A stretch of 64,000 nucleotides of DNA, from the NCBI GenBank assembly GCA_051294375.1, contig CM119267.1:4173260-4237259 (forward strand), given 5' to 3'. A program made the position numbers and the translations under genes. Shown piece after piece: positions 37,626 through 54,409 of the stretch. The DNA comes from Paraspadella gotoi (Eukaryota > Animalia > Chaetognatha). Position 1 is the first letter of the stretch. Each line of letters opens with the position of its first letter. The notes below the pieces were generated by a model. It made no database searches and was not told where the DNA came from. It saw nothing but the letters and a program-made list of their open reading frames with translations.

Positions 37626-38715
37626 ATTTTGATTCTTCTCCGTCTTTCTCGAGTTGTATATTGTGATACTCTAACATACATTGGGTCAAAACGCGTATAT
37701 ATGTAGATTATGCAATCATGCTGTTTATGGCTATGTTGATTCGAAAGATGGTTTTATGGATTCGTAGTATTATGAATATATTTCTTATTCCGTATGTGTT
37801 TTAAATTATTTTTTTTTCCAATAGCCATTTTTACTTCCCTCCCTTTAGTTTTTTTTTTAAGTCTCTTCATTTTTGAGGGGCTCATCTCAATCTGTCTCTC
37901 AAAACTTTCGTGATCTCAACCCGTCGAATTTCGCGAGTTCATTTTTTTTGGCCGTGTCAGAAAACGAAGTCCTAGATAAGATGGAATGAAGCGAATGGCG
38001 GATGATGGTCACTTCGATTTGGTGTCACTGGCGACGGCATCAAAAACGGACCATGGGTCCCTATGCCTCTTCCCCTTCCCTTGATACGGACGTCCGAACT
38101 TCGACTCCCGTCAAGTATTGCAAAGGTTTGTGTGATCTGTTAAACAGATGAGGGGTTGCAAGAAATGTTTTTCATTTTTGAGCAATGTTTAATTTAAATG
38201 GGAATCAAGACTAATCGATTTATCAATGCATACCTCGACAGGTTCGGGTCAAGTCTGTCTCCCGTTTTCTTCTTTAAATGCGCTCGACTGCGGGGCATCG
38301 GCGAACAAGGCCATGGCGGCGCCTCACCGCTCAGAGAGCTCGGCGGTGTCCGATTCGCCGCCGAGCTCTGAAAGACATTCATCGAAGTTCGTTTCTCCAG
38401 GCGATGATTGATTTGTTAGTTGTAGTCTTTTGTACCGTCTCCCTTTCCATTAATAGGAAATGCTCTTCACCCAGGATAATGCAGCCCTCGAGGGGAAGTC
38501 CTTTCTCCCGATCTCCTTCTAGTTTCAAAACGGATACGAGGGATGGGACCCAGGCTACGAGCTCGCATTTTATGACGAGGTGCAGTTGTACGCACGGTTG
38601 CTGGAGGTCATATAACACTAATTGACTAAAGTATAAAATATTTCAAACTTTCTATTGTATATACTACTTATTACTGACATTTGAAATATATATACGGGAT
38701 TATTACACAGATATC

Positions 38716-41056
38716 TTGGAATTAAAAATCCAAAATCCCCGCTTCCTGCGCAGTTCCTGCAGCACGCCCACCATCGTCCACGAACTCGAGCCCAAAAAGT
38801 CGTCGTCGAAGCCTCCCAAATTGACGCTGACCCAAAACTCGCCCGATCTCGTTTCCATCTCTTCGTCGCCGGAGAAAAAAGTTCACTCGCCTTCCTTTTT
38901 TCCCGTAAAACTTACCTTGGCGCCTTGCGACGGGTAAGTCGATCGGGTTTTTTTTTTTTTTTTAATATTTAGCGTCAAAAGGAGATCGATGTTTAAAACG
39001 TTCTTTCCCTTGAAACGGGTTCCCCAGCTTGTTGTCGCCGTTCAACTCCCACTTTCAACCCACGTCGTCGAACTCGGTTCCTTCGATTCCAAACAAAATT
39101 TCCTCTCTTCCTTCGACGGATCTCATTCTTCCCACGGCCGCCTCCTCGTCCGCTTCGTCATCCGCCATGCTCATTCCTGGTTCCATCTTTTTCCTCTTGT
39201 TTCGTTTTTTGTTTTTTTGTTTTTTTCCTCGCAACTTGTTTCTTCGCGCAGGATGCCGTTCCGAGTTTTCTCCTTCGGCCGCGCTCGACTGCCACTCCTC
39301 CGAGGTCTCGCCCTCGCCGTTCGTATCCTCAACCTCGTCGCCCAACATCCTCTCAAAGTCTCTCCCATCACCCGCCTCTTGCCTTCTTAAGTCTCGATCT
39401 CGGGGTCTCCTCGAGCGCCGGGGCTCCAACCAAAGCTTGACGCTCAATATCAGGTTTTTTTTCTGACCGTATGTTTTTTGTTTAATATGTATTTGCATAT
39501 TAATTGTTTAAACATGCATAGTTGTGACAATTTGGAGGGCGATCGTCGGTTTTCCCCGCGAGGCGACATCTTTAACGCCGAAGAGTATTTGGAGACGGCG
39601 AGTCGTAAGCTCTCGCGAAAAGAGTTGCGCAAAGTCGTGAAGCATCCGAAAGTGGGTTGAAAATGATTTTATAAGAGGAGTAAAAAAGTTGTTCGCATTG
39701 GAACCCGTTTCATTTCTCTTGTCAGCGTTTGGCGGAAGAGTTTTGGAACATTCCCATGAATCTTCCCGACGGTGTCTCGGTAAGCGGGGTGGCCACGAAG
39801 AACCGGTACCAAAGCGTCCTGCCTAATCCCGCAACTCGCGTCGTTCTATGCGACTACGACGACGTCATCGCCAATGAGCGGGAAGACGCCGCCCGTTACA
39901 TCAACGCCAACTACGTGGCTGGTCACGGAGACGAATCCAGAGCCTACATTGCGACCCAAGTAAATATTTAAGATTGGAACGAGGTGCGTTTAAGATCTCT
40001 ATTCGTCAGTGAGCTGTTTTTTCCGTTTTCTCCAGGGCCCTATGGAGCACACGGTCTCCGACTTTTGGTCAATGGTATGGAAGGAGCGATCCCCCATCAT
40101 CGTCATGATCACCAAACTTAAAGAAAAGAACAAATCAAAGTGCGAACTCTATCTGCCCGTCGACTCGCGTCGCTACGGCGACCTCGTCGTGCGCGTGGAA
40201 AAGGTGGAGCAGCGTCAGGGTTTTCAGCTTCGACGCCTCCTTCTCACTCGAACGGGGATCGGGGAAGACGGCGGCGACGGACCGTCGTCTCTCGCTTGCT
40301 TCCATTGCTGGTTCACTTCTTGGCCCGACCACAAAGCCCCGCAAAACCCCAAGTCGCTTCTCGGTGAGTGATTTTCATAATGGCGACTGATTACGAAATT
40401 GCTTTATTCTATACTCTTATGATATTCTCTCATTCAGATCTCATTTACTTTGTGGAGGAGAATCGTCGATGTCGCGGGACCCGAGGCAGCCTCGGTCCGG
40501 TCGTGGTCCACTGCTCGGCCGGAATCGGTCGAACCGGATGCTTCATCGCCATCTCCATCGGAGTCCAACAGCTCGTCAGGGAAAACTGTGTCGACGTTTT
40601 GGGGATAGTTTGTCGACTGCGTAAGGACAGGGGAGGGATGATCCAGACGAGCGAGCAGTACGAATTTATCTACGCAGCCCTCGCCGCCTTTGAGAAATCT
40701 CTTCAGGTGAGAAACCGATTGGTTAGGTGTCATCGTCGTCGTCATGATAATACCTTTGAGGACTATTGAGTATTGAGAGTCGACTTTGGCTGAAAGAAAG
40801 CAAATAGATCTGTGACGAGCCCGGTCGAAAATGTCAATTCATATATACTGGCCCGACGCATTTTAGCCAAATATCTTTCGAAAATTTTAATTTTTTTTTT
40901 CCATTTCAGTCGTCGCCTCCGATTTTATATTCGTCTCATGGAATCGACTTGGAGGGTCCGTTAGAGTTGGCCTCCTTCCTCACGAGAATGTGTCACAAAC
41001 AATCCGCCAACCAACTCATCTTTTCCCCTCGGAGCGCGCCCCTTCCGCCGCCTTAG
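38716..41056 (+). CDS. KIM-containing tyrosine phosphatase (PTPRR/PTPN5/PTPN7, PTP-ER family); 5' exons unresolved, may start near 38053
   Basis: Kinase-interaction motif [15 protein letters not shown], then [33 protein letters not shown] and RGGMIQT.EQY. Confidence 0.85.
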
Positions 41057-42732
41057 TCCTCGATCCTTTTCTCCCTCGATACTCCGTGTGCAAATCCTTA
41101 AGTTTTGTTTCTCTCTCTTCCTCGTTTATTTTGGTTCGTAATGATTACGTAATTTATTTGCGAAAGGTGTGCTTCTCGTAATCGTACGTTCAAACCTTTA
41201 GGCTTTGAGTATAAAGATTTCTTGGTTAGAAAAGTTTGGCTGCTTGTTAGAATCGATTCATTTTTAAAAAAATGAATTATGCAATCTTATTATATGAAAC
41301 TCTTAATGATCAACAGTGATAATGTTGTTTGGTATTCTAAATTATATTAGCAAACAACCTTTAATTATTATGAACAGGTGCTTGATAGTCATTTGAATGG
41401 CCTTTTAAAAAGTAATTCGACCTCAAAACATTTTGAAATCTTAATAAGGTTTTATATCTTTGACTTTTTCTTACGACTATTGCTTGTACATTAGTCATAA
41501 TGCCCGACAATTTAAAAAAAAAACAGTCGTTTTCATTCATTTTATATATGAAGCTGGGTGGTATTGTGCTACTTTTTTGGCAACTTCGTCAAATTGTGCG
41601 AACGCGTTGTTCCAGCTGTGACAGTGTACGATCTCACGTTATAATATTTCTGTTTTCTTTTTTAAACTGCTTCCCTCGCCATCATTGGCCACTTTTTTGT
41701 TTCTCTCCCATCCCCGATTAATTCAGTTTTTTTTTTCTAATTCGCTCTTTAGCTCCTTCGCTTTACTTGTATGATGTGATTTTGTATAGTTTAAATATTA
41801 TCCATATGGTTTTCTTCAATGACGTCGAATGCGTGAATTCGACGGATTCAAGTTTTGAATTACAACGCGGACGCTTACAGTGAACTTTATTTTTATAACT
41901 TGTCAAAAAAATACTGTGTTATTATTTTACGTTTATACTGTATTGGTTTTTTTTTTATCGTATTTAATAAGTGTTCCCTATTACTTAAGGCAGGTGGAGG
42001 AAGTAAAATGTTTGAATTCAGATTATTAATGTTGAAAAAGACTTAATATTGTTAAATCCTGGTTTGAAATTCTTATTTCGAAAAATGGGGGAAAAATCTC
42101 ATGATAACTTTTTTTAGTTTTTTTTAGTACTATGTGATAATTCCTTTGGTCTAGTCACCTTAAACCTTGTATTTTCCAGTGGACAGTTCAAGTTTGAACC
42201 TTGCCAGAATTTCACCAACCCTGGAAGAAAAAAAAAATTAATACCCGATCAACCGCAAGCTTTACTTTTTATTTTACCTATTATTTTTCTTTTTATAGTG
42301 ATGAGGAGAAAATCAAAAAGAGGAAAATAAAATTTTATCTTCGAGTCAAACAAATTGTCACTTGACTCGAGAGCGCTTCTCCGATTCGGCGTTGATGAGG
42401 AACTCTATACTCACCTGATCGTCCCCCCCCTCGACCTCTCCCGATCCCCCTTCCTCCCTTTCGGAACCATTGTGGCTCCACCTTTCGACCGGTCGGGCGC
42501 CTGCGAGACGCGCCGCGTCGAGGAATTATCTTCATCCTCGACAGCGGCGGCGGCGACAGGATCAGTGACGCCGGTTCGCTGCGACGCCCCGTCGCTGGAC
42601 GGGAGCGAGAGACGCGCGGCGACGGGTCCCAATGCTCGAGCGCCGCCGCCCCTGTCGTCCGCGGGGGGCGAGGCCCTTCTCAGGGGCGGCGGCGACGGGG
42701 CCCCTCCCTGTGACGAATCCGCCTCGTCTCGC

Positions 42733-45700
42733 ATGACGGCAATGGATCCTGAGGGCAAGTCCGAGCCCGTCGCCTCCTCGGCGTCGTCCACGACCGCGAG
42801 GGAAACGACGCCGGGCGGACAGCCCCTGACAACGCCGCAACAGGTAAAACTCGATGGTTTTAAAATCTCGAGTGATGAAACGATTTGAATTTTTAACATC
42901 TTACGAATTGCGCGATTTAAGGTCACCGAGAAGGGAAATCCCGTCATCGACTTAACTGGCGAACCCTCGGCGGAACAAACGGATTTGCAACGGGCCATAG
43001 CTCTCTCATTAAAAGACACCCAGACCGTATCTGCTCTCGGTAATTTTCGATTTTGTTTTGTCAGCCGATCGAGAATTTAAAACGATTTCCCCCTTTTTTT
43101 TTTCGCAGGAGACATTTCGGCGGAAGACCAGGATCTATCCCGAGCGCTGGAGGCTAGCTTGAAGGAGACTTCCTCCAAGCCCGGCACCGTCGGTTCTTCA
43201 TGGTTCACGCGTGATCCGTCCAACCCTAATGAACGGAAACGCGTGCCCTCCGACGCTCCGGTCGGCCTCAAGAACGTTGGCAATACTTGTTGGTTCTCCG
43301 CCGTCGTCCAGTCGCTTTTCCACATCCCGGTCTTCCGCGATCTCGTCATCAACTTTGCCCCGCCCCCGGATGTGGGCAACGCGGCCGCCTCGTCGGCGCG
43401 CGATCAAAGAAATCTTAAGTTCATGCAGGTATTCGTTGTTGTTTGAGGAAGCCAGTCTAATTTTTCATATTCTTTTAATCACTCGTAAATTTTAAATATA
43501 CATCTCTCGCTGTTTTCTCTATTCTCTCAGGAGTTGCGGAAACTCTTCGCCTTGCTGGTGGGCACGAAACGAAAATACGTGGATCCGTCACCCGCCGTGG
43601 ACATCCTGAAGGCGGCCTTTCGGGGAGTCCAGGGCGAGGTCCAATCGGCCGTAGATTCTCAGCAGGACATCAGCGAGTTCACCCACATGCTTCTGGAATG
43701 GCTCGAGGAAGCCTTCGAGGTCGGAACCCTGGCCACAGTCAAGTCGGAGCCGACGGTCAAGTCGGAGTCCGATTTCGAGACCAAGGTCAAAGTCGAGGAG
43801 GCGACCGAAGAGGGAAAGAAGATGGAATTGAAGACGGAGTTGAAGATGGAATTAGGTGAGGATACAAAGGAGGAAACGGGAGAGAAGACTGACGAAAGCG
43901 AGAAAGAGACGTCGAGGATTAAACGCGAACCTTCGGAGTCGGACGCCGTCGAGCCGGACTCCGAATCCGCCCCCGTCAAACGAGAAGAGACCAAAGAGGG
44001 TCGTCGACGCTGCTCGAGCTTCACCAAGAAGCGCCTCGCCTTGGACTCGGACGAGAAGCCCTTCGGCAAGAACCCGATGGTGGAACTGTTCTATGGCCAA
44101 CACGAGACGGACGGAACCATCGAGGGCAAAGTCTTTGCCAACAGCGAAACCTTTGGCCAGTTTCCGCTTCAAGTGGAAGGCTTTTCCGACTTGCACGAGA
44201 GTCTGGAAGCGGCCACCGCACCCGGCGATATCGAGATGGGCGGCAGCGGAAGCGGGGGAGCAGGCAGCGCCGAACTGCGGCCTCCCAACGGGCCTTTGCC
44301 GCCGCTACCGAGCACGCCGGGCGGCCCTCGGGTTGCCGGCGGGCAGGAGCAGTGGTTCGTTCGCCTCCCGCCGGTCATCATGCTCGAACTGTCTCGGTTT
44401 CACTTCAACCACGAGCTCGGCCAACCGGAAAAGATCCACAACAGACTCACATTTCCGCGGGAAATATTTCTGGATCGCTACATGGCCCGGAACAAGGAAA
44501 TGACGCGCAAGTTGCGTGAAGAGGCGAAGAAGTTAAAGGCTCGACTAAATATTCTCCGATATAAGTTGCAGCAGTACATCCATTTCGGCGGAGGCGCCGC
44601 CGCCGCCGCCGCCGCCCAAACGACCGCCGCCGCCACAACGACGACCGTCACCGGCGTTTCTCGCGAGGAAAAAAGAATTCCTCTGGCCGACGTCCTCAGA
44701 CTCACTCTGGAATTTGCCTCTACCACGGCGCCTCCGCCTTCTCCCACCGATCCCTCCTCCGTCACCAACGAAGCAGCCATCAACGCCGCCTCTCCGGGTG
44801 GCACTTCGTCTCCCGAGGACGTGCCAATGGAGAGCGTCGAGTCAGAGCGCGGGATTTGTGACGTGGCGATGACTTCGCCTCCGCCGCATAATGCTGAGGA
44901 ATCCAACCACGAGGCTGACGAAGGTTGGTAAAAAGGTTTATTTTTCAATTTGTTGGTCATTGAAAATATGTGACCAACTCGCCATGTCGGAGCTTGCTGG
45001 TATTTAATTCAAAGTTGTCGCCGAACCTGAACGCTATAAAACGTGAACGGTAGAAAATATCAACATTTTGTTCTTCTTTGTTAAATCCAGACGAAAACAC
45101 CGTAAAACCTGCGAAAAAAATGAGACAAATCAATTCTATCTCTCCGCCGGCTCCAAAGCAAATTTCCCCCGAGGAGCTCTTTGTTTTGCAGGTAAGCATT
45201 AGTAAGCAACCCTCGCTTTTTTCTTTTGTTTTTTGTTTTTGTTTCTCTTATTCTTCCAAACTCTTTCTATCCCCACAGAATTGTCTTTCACGCTGGAAAT
45301 CCGAGGTGGAAAACGAAGTGTCCGAGTTAGAAGAAGGCATTCGCGAGGTGGAGACCCGCCTCTCCGGCCTCTACGAGGATACCAATCTAAAACTCGTGCC
45401 CTATCGTCTCCACGCGGTCCTCGTTCACGAGGGCAAGGGCGTCTCGACTGGTCACTACTGGTCATACGTGCGTGAGCCGGCGACTGACTCCTGGCTCAAG
45501 TACAACGACATCTCGGTGTCTCGAACGACCTGGGAAGCCCTCTGTTCGGACAGCGAGGGCGGGGGCGGCTCCAACACCGCCTCCGCTTATTGCCTCATTT
45601 ACGTCAACGATCAGCGGGACGGAGCCGCTTACGGCCTCTCCGAGCCCGTCTCGTCCGCCGACATGGACACCGCCGCAATGCCTTTCATCCGCCGCGGGGA

Positions 45701-47821
45701 CTGGCGCCTCTCCGCCGAGCAGCTCCCCATAGACCTCCAGCGTATCGTATTCGAGGACAACCAGGTTTTCGACCGGGAACTCCGTGAATGGGAGGCGGAA
45801 CGCTTGCGGCCCAAAGGAGGGGAGACTCTGATGGGTCGACCCTTGGCGCAAGCGGCAGATTCCACCTCCACGGCGACAGCTTCGACGGGAACTCGGAACG
45901 TCGCCGGATCGGGCGAGGGCGGCATGGATCACGGCGTCAAGCCGCACTCGGCCGCCGGCTTCGCTCACACGACCACGACGAGCGCCTCTTCGACGACGCC
46001 GATCATGTCAACGGGAACGGCACCATCAACAGCCCCTAAGCCGGTCGTTCCTAGTCAGCGAGTTGGCGGCGTCACGCGCGCCACCCCGCCCCCGCCATCG
46101 TCGTCGCCGCGAGCGTCGTCCCGCGGCGGGAGCGAGAATCGATCGACGACGTCCTCGCCGCCGATCGCCCTCGTTCACGAACACGCGGCGTGGTCGAACG
46201 ATGCCACCGCCAAGGCGTTGGCGTCCAACTCTCAGATCCTTTTTCGAAACGGAGCCTTTCAGGGTCTCATCGCCGCTGCCAACGTTGAAATCGCGCGGCT
46301 TCACGAACTCGCCGAGCAAGTAAACAATTCCCACAAGCGCAGTCCCTTGTTCTTGCTCAAGTACGACCCGCGACTGCAGCATATCCTCGTGTATCTCATA
46401 TGCAATGGCGCCCCGAAAGTCACTGTGGTGGAGAGGATTCTCATTGAGCAGTTTACAGTTCCGATGATCGAGGACGACACCCTCGCGCATCAGGTGAGAA
46501 AATAAAGTCGATGTTTTTTTTTTGTTTTTTTTTCTCGATCCGATCGCGATGGCCATGAATTGCTCTTTTGTTTCGACTTTATTCTCGTTTTCTTGACAGA
46601 AACGATCTTTCTCGAGTTGGAATAAAGGCACGCTTCATTTCTCTTCTTTTATTTCCTATCTCAGTTCCGAACCGTCGTCTTGAAAAAGATCGATGACATC
46701 AAAGACAAGTCTTCGGAAGAGGATTTAAAGACTTACTGGAAGTGGCACCAGGATTACAGGACTTTCAGACGTCTCATTTGCAACTTTAACTACGCCGTCG
46801 ACTTGTACTACAAACAAAATTTTCAGGAGGCTCTTATGTACTTCGTCACCATCGGCGACATGAACAACTCCCTGGTTCATTCTCAGGTAGTAAGTAGTTC
46901 GGGAAAGGTTAATGATGACCGGAAATGACTGTGCTCGTGTAGCAGAAAAAATTGTGGTTCATTTCAAGTGAGATTGAGTCTTCAATCTCATTTACATATT
47001 GACTCGTTTTAACCCATCCCATTCCGTAGGAATCCGAGCTAAGGGGACTGAACGTGGCGCTTCTTCATCACTTTCGTCGGAAATGTGTTCTCTTTCTCAA
47101 CGAGGTCGCCATAGAAAGATTTCTCAGCGACGAAGCTCGTCTTCACGCCGACAGCGTCAACATTATGCAGGTTCTGTTCCGATGCGTGAAAAAAAATTTA
47201 TTTTATCAGTTTGTACTTTTCATCCATTTATTATTTAATAATATATTCACTTCAGGAATGGATCATCCCCTGCAGCGTCCTGCTTTCGCTGAATTCCACG
47301 CAGGGCGACGATGCAGACGGCGGCGTCGTCGACGCCATTCGCGAGCAATGGTGCAACCTCTTGGGAACCCCCACCCTCGGCACCCAACGAGTAGACAATC
47401 TCCAAGATTTTCTCTCCAAATTGTTCGACCCTCCGGAACAGGTTCTATTCGTCGGGCGGGCGAGGGTTTGCGCCGAATAGATTAGATTAAGGATTCGTGC
47501 CCTTCTTTAAGATTAAGGATTAAGGATTAAGGATTAATATTAAGGATTCGTGCCCTTCTTTTTTAGGTCGTCTTGAAACGAGCCCCAGATCGTTGGAGTA
47601 CCGACGTGGCCGAACACCTACAGGAGGATTGGATTCGAACCTACAACCTGATCGCCCAGCATAAAATGCTTGACGAAGTCTCTCGCGCCATCGCCAAGAC
47701 CGGCGGCGGCGGTGAAAGCGGCAACGGGAGTGGAGGAAGTAGTAGCGGCGGAGCAGGAGGAAACAACGTCGAATCGAGCGGCGGGCACGGCGGCGGGCAA
47801 ATGACTACCGGTCAAGTATGA
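42733..47821 (+). CDS. USP25: Ubiquitin-specific protease USP25/USP28 family, about 10 exons
   Basis: SIM+UIM VIDLTG...DLQRAIALSL, second UIM DLSRALEASL, Cys box GLKNVGNTCWFSAV, QQDISEF and His box LHAVLVHEG...GHYW. Start codon uncertain. Confidence 0.88.
47481..47562. repeat. TTAAGGA heptamer run and duplicated 22-mer in a USP intron
   Basis: ttaaggattcgtgcccttcttt occurs twice, separated by ttaagga repeats. Confidence 0.8.
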
Positions 47822-48777
47822 CCGCTTTTTTATATTCCATGTTAATGGATGCTATTAGACCTGTTCCGGTTGTTTAGTTTAATGTTTATTTTAGTCTAAC
47901 GTTATAGGCCTAATGGAAACCCTAAAAAAAAAAAACGCATGTCGCTGGTTTTTTGTTTTCTTTATGACTGCAGTGATTTTTTTTTCCGAGTGGCTAAACA
48001 GATATTTCTCTCGATTGCCTGTCATCACAAGTGGACTTTTTAGCGTTTCATTCTTTCGTTCGCTGTTGTTCTTCCTTGTCTTTTTGCCCATCCTCTTTCT
48101 TCTGTATCAATTAAATCTTCTGTCTCTTCTTCGATTTTAATATTGTTTAACCCTCTCATTCTTTATTTGATAATTTATCCTTAAAAAAAAAAAGCCAATC
48201 CCGTTCTCATTATTATTTCTGTCCCTCCTTTTTGAAAGTTCTCCGATAGACAATATTATTTTGTTTTTGTTTTTTTAATACTCTATCCGGAATTTAAAAA
48301 TTGGAGACATCTGTTATTTTGATACAAATGGGGTTAGAAATTTTCAGTCATTCAACCGGTCACGAAATGTTTTGTCGTGGAAATTTTTAGCGTTCGTCCG
48401 ATTAATGAGGCGATTTTCGCTGAATCGTTTAGTATTTATTAAATTAGTTATAAACATTTTAATCTTTTTTGGGGGGGTGGTAGTTGCTACAGTTGCTTCG
48501 CCCATATTCGGCCAAGTAATCCCCCAAATTTTACTCCTAAAGATTTATGCCAGTTCTGATTTTAAAACTAGCTGAGTTAAAGCCTTTAATTCTTATTAGG
48601 ATTAGTCGGCCACCCCTTATTACTTAACGCAAAGAGGACATGAAATGAATCGAATTGTTTGTATTACAAATTGTAAGATGATGATCAGAAGTGAAGGTAG
48701 TTTAAAATGTTATTTTTTTGTCTTTTTTTTTTCTTTGAGTTGCTCGCTTGCTTGCCTCCAGATGCTTTGATATCCCC

Positions 48778-49047
48778 ATGGCAGAAAAAATAGACTTAAT
48801 AAACCTCGAGGATAAAATAAAAGAGCAGCGCATCATCGTTGAAGAGTTGCGAAGTCTAAAACCCATCGGCGGCGCGCCCCCACGCGTCTACGTTCAAAAA
48901 CCCAAACTCTTCTTCGCCGCGAATCGAAGCGACGAACTCGCCGCAGCCCGCCAAAGGCTCCGTTCGCTCGAGGGGGAGTACGAGATCCTTTCCTCCTCTC
49001 AACATGTCGGGGCCTCTCGCCGTGACGAAGGAGCAGAAGCAACTTGA
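48778..49047 (+). CDS. ASDURF: ASDURF-like prefoldin microprotein (89 aa), overlapping uORF of MED8
   Basis: KIKEQRIIVEELRSLK...RVYVQKPKLFFAANRSDEL...LEGEYE parallels human ASDURF as recalled (KIKEQKIVVDELSNLK..RKVYRQ...IFFLADRTEML...LKKEYQ). Confidence 0.8.
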   Translation: MAEKIDLINLEDKIKEQRIIVEELRSLKPIGGAPPRVYVQKPKLFFAANRSDELAAARQRLRSLEGEYEILSSSQHVGASRRDEGAEAT

Positions 49048-49131
49048 CCTCTCCATCGAGGTCCTCGTTCAAAAGCTCACCGACGTCAAGAACGCGCTGC
49101 AGGTGAGAGAAAAAGACGAGAGAGAGAGAGA

Positions 49132-49197
<66 letters not shown>

Positions 49198-50060
49198 AAA
49201 TAAAGGTTGGTTTTTGACATTCGCCCCTCCCATTTACAGGCATTCCTCTTCAAGTTGGAAAACGAGCCACCAACATGGCCTGGCTTTATGGATAGCTTTG
49301 CCCTCGTCTCCAGCCACTTGACGATCCTCAACAAGACGTTGAAGAGCGAGAAGACGTCACCCCTCCGCGCCCAGGGGATGTTGCCTCTCGTCCTTTCACA
49401 GGATCTCGACGCGGAGTTGCAGCGCATCACGGAGGGTCGGGTGCCGACCTTCAACCACGAGGTGGTGCCGCATCATCTGCGCACGAAGCCTGAACCCGAG
49501 GTGGAGCTGAAGGAGAAACAACTCACCCACCGCGTGATGAGCACGAGTTTGGAAACGAGCAACAAACAGACAAACAGTTTCAAGAGATTCGTTGAGTCCA
49601 TTGTCGATACAGTTAGCAGCATGGCCGCCAGCATCGATAGCCATATCAGGTAAAGGGAATGCTGCATAAGGACTTTTAAGACTTAAGAGAAGTTTCTAAT
49701 CCCGTTTTACCCGTTTGGCCAATAAAAATGCGAAGTAGAAATCTGATACATAATACTCCACTTAATTGTTACCCACTCAGTGAACGGCATTCCCAGTTGC
49801 CTCCGTCTCACTCGGCCAACGACACCCAGGCGCTTGTGGCGGCGTTGACTACAGGCAAAGGTCTCAAGCCTCTGCGCGTTCCCGTCGCCGGATCCTCAGC
49901 ACCCGGAGGTCATCAGGGTTCGCCGATGCAGACTAGCCCCGGTCCGTCGCCCCACCTACCATCCGTGGGCTCCGGATCACAATCCGTCAACAAAATGAGC
50001 TCCTCCGTCAAAACAAATCTCAAATCCGCCGCATCTCACGTTCCTTATTCTCGCAATTGA
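49004..50060 (+). CDS. MED8: Mediator subunit 8, 3 exons
   Basis: KEQKQLD, FLFKLENE..TWP..MDSFALVS, LKSEKT.PLR, LQRITEGRVPTFNHEVVPHHLRTKPEPEVE and C-terminal KTNLKSAASHVPYSR. Confidence 0.93.
49118..49193. repeat. (GA)n microsatellite in MED8 intron 1
   Basis: Nearly pure GA run filling most of the intron. Confidence 0.95.
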
Positions 50061-50240
50061 ATTTAACGTTTTATCAGTTAATTCATTTATATTTTGTCCG
50101 TCATCCATGCTTTTCTCTTAAACTTATTTCGATTTTCAGAATTTTTTTTTTTCGTATTCGTTCGAAACTTTTTAGACTTAGCAAACAATGTAGCCGGATT
50201 TGAGAGAGATATCTCGCCCCCCAATAGTTTCGGGTCATGA

Positions 50241-53848
<3,608 letters not shown>

Positions 53849-54409
53849 CCGCGTTGCACTGGCACGGAGCGACGGAATTTCGGTTGAAACTAATAAAATT
53901 ATAGACCAGACGATTATTTAAAAAAAAAAACAACAACAACAAAAAGCTACAAACCTCGTCACGTGATATTTAGACTTCGGCCTCCTACCCTTTCCTCCAG
54001 TTCGAGATGCTATCAGTATCACTCGTTCTTTTTTTCACGCTTGCCACTTTAAAACCGATTAAAAAAAAAAAAAAAAAAACTCAATTATTTATTCCATGAC
54101 GATAACAATTTTTTTTTTGTAATTGCTAATCGATTACAACGATATACATAAATACGTATTGGTAGTATTGTAGCTCCAGTGTTATCAATGTCAGTTTTAT
54201 CGTTTAAAGATTGATTTAATAATAAAATCTATGTTTTATCAGGCAGGTTTAATTGACAAAACGGGTCTCAGTCGCAGGCCGTGTCCTTTTTTTTGTTTCT
54301 TTTCTTTCCCCCCGCACCTGATTAATAATTGTTTTCGTCTGACGAATGTTTCAGAGTCGATATATATCTCACAAACATTTTTTTTTTTATAAACGATGAA
54401 GCGGCGACA

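Noticed and set aside
38053-38710. 5' exons of the KIM-PTP including a further GC donor at 38401
   Set aside because: Could not join the candidate exons in a consistent stop-free frame, so it was not counted among the GC-AG introns.
47505-47548. TTAAGGA repeats as interstitial telomere or CRISPR-like array
   Set aside because: Only a few copies inside an intron, no spacers, and a eukaryotic context.
49004-49321. ORF-track protein with a long (ER)n run
   Set aside because: Read-through of the (GA)n microsatellite inside MED8 intron 1.
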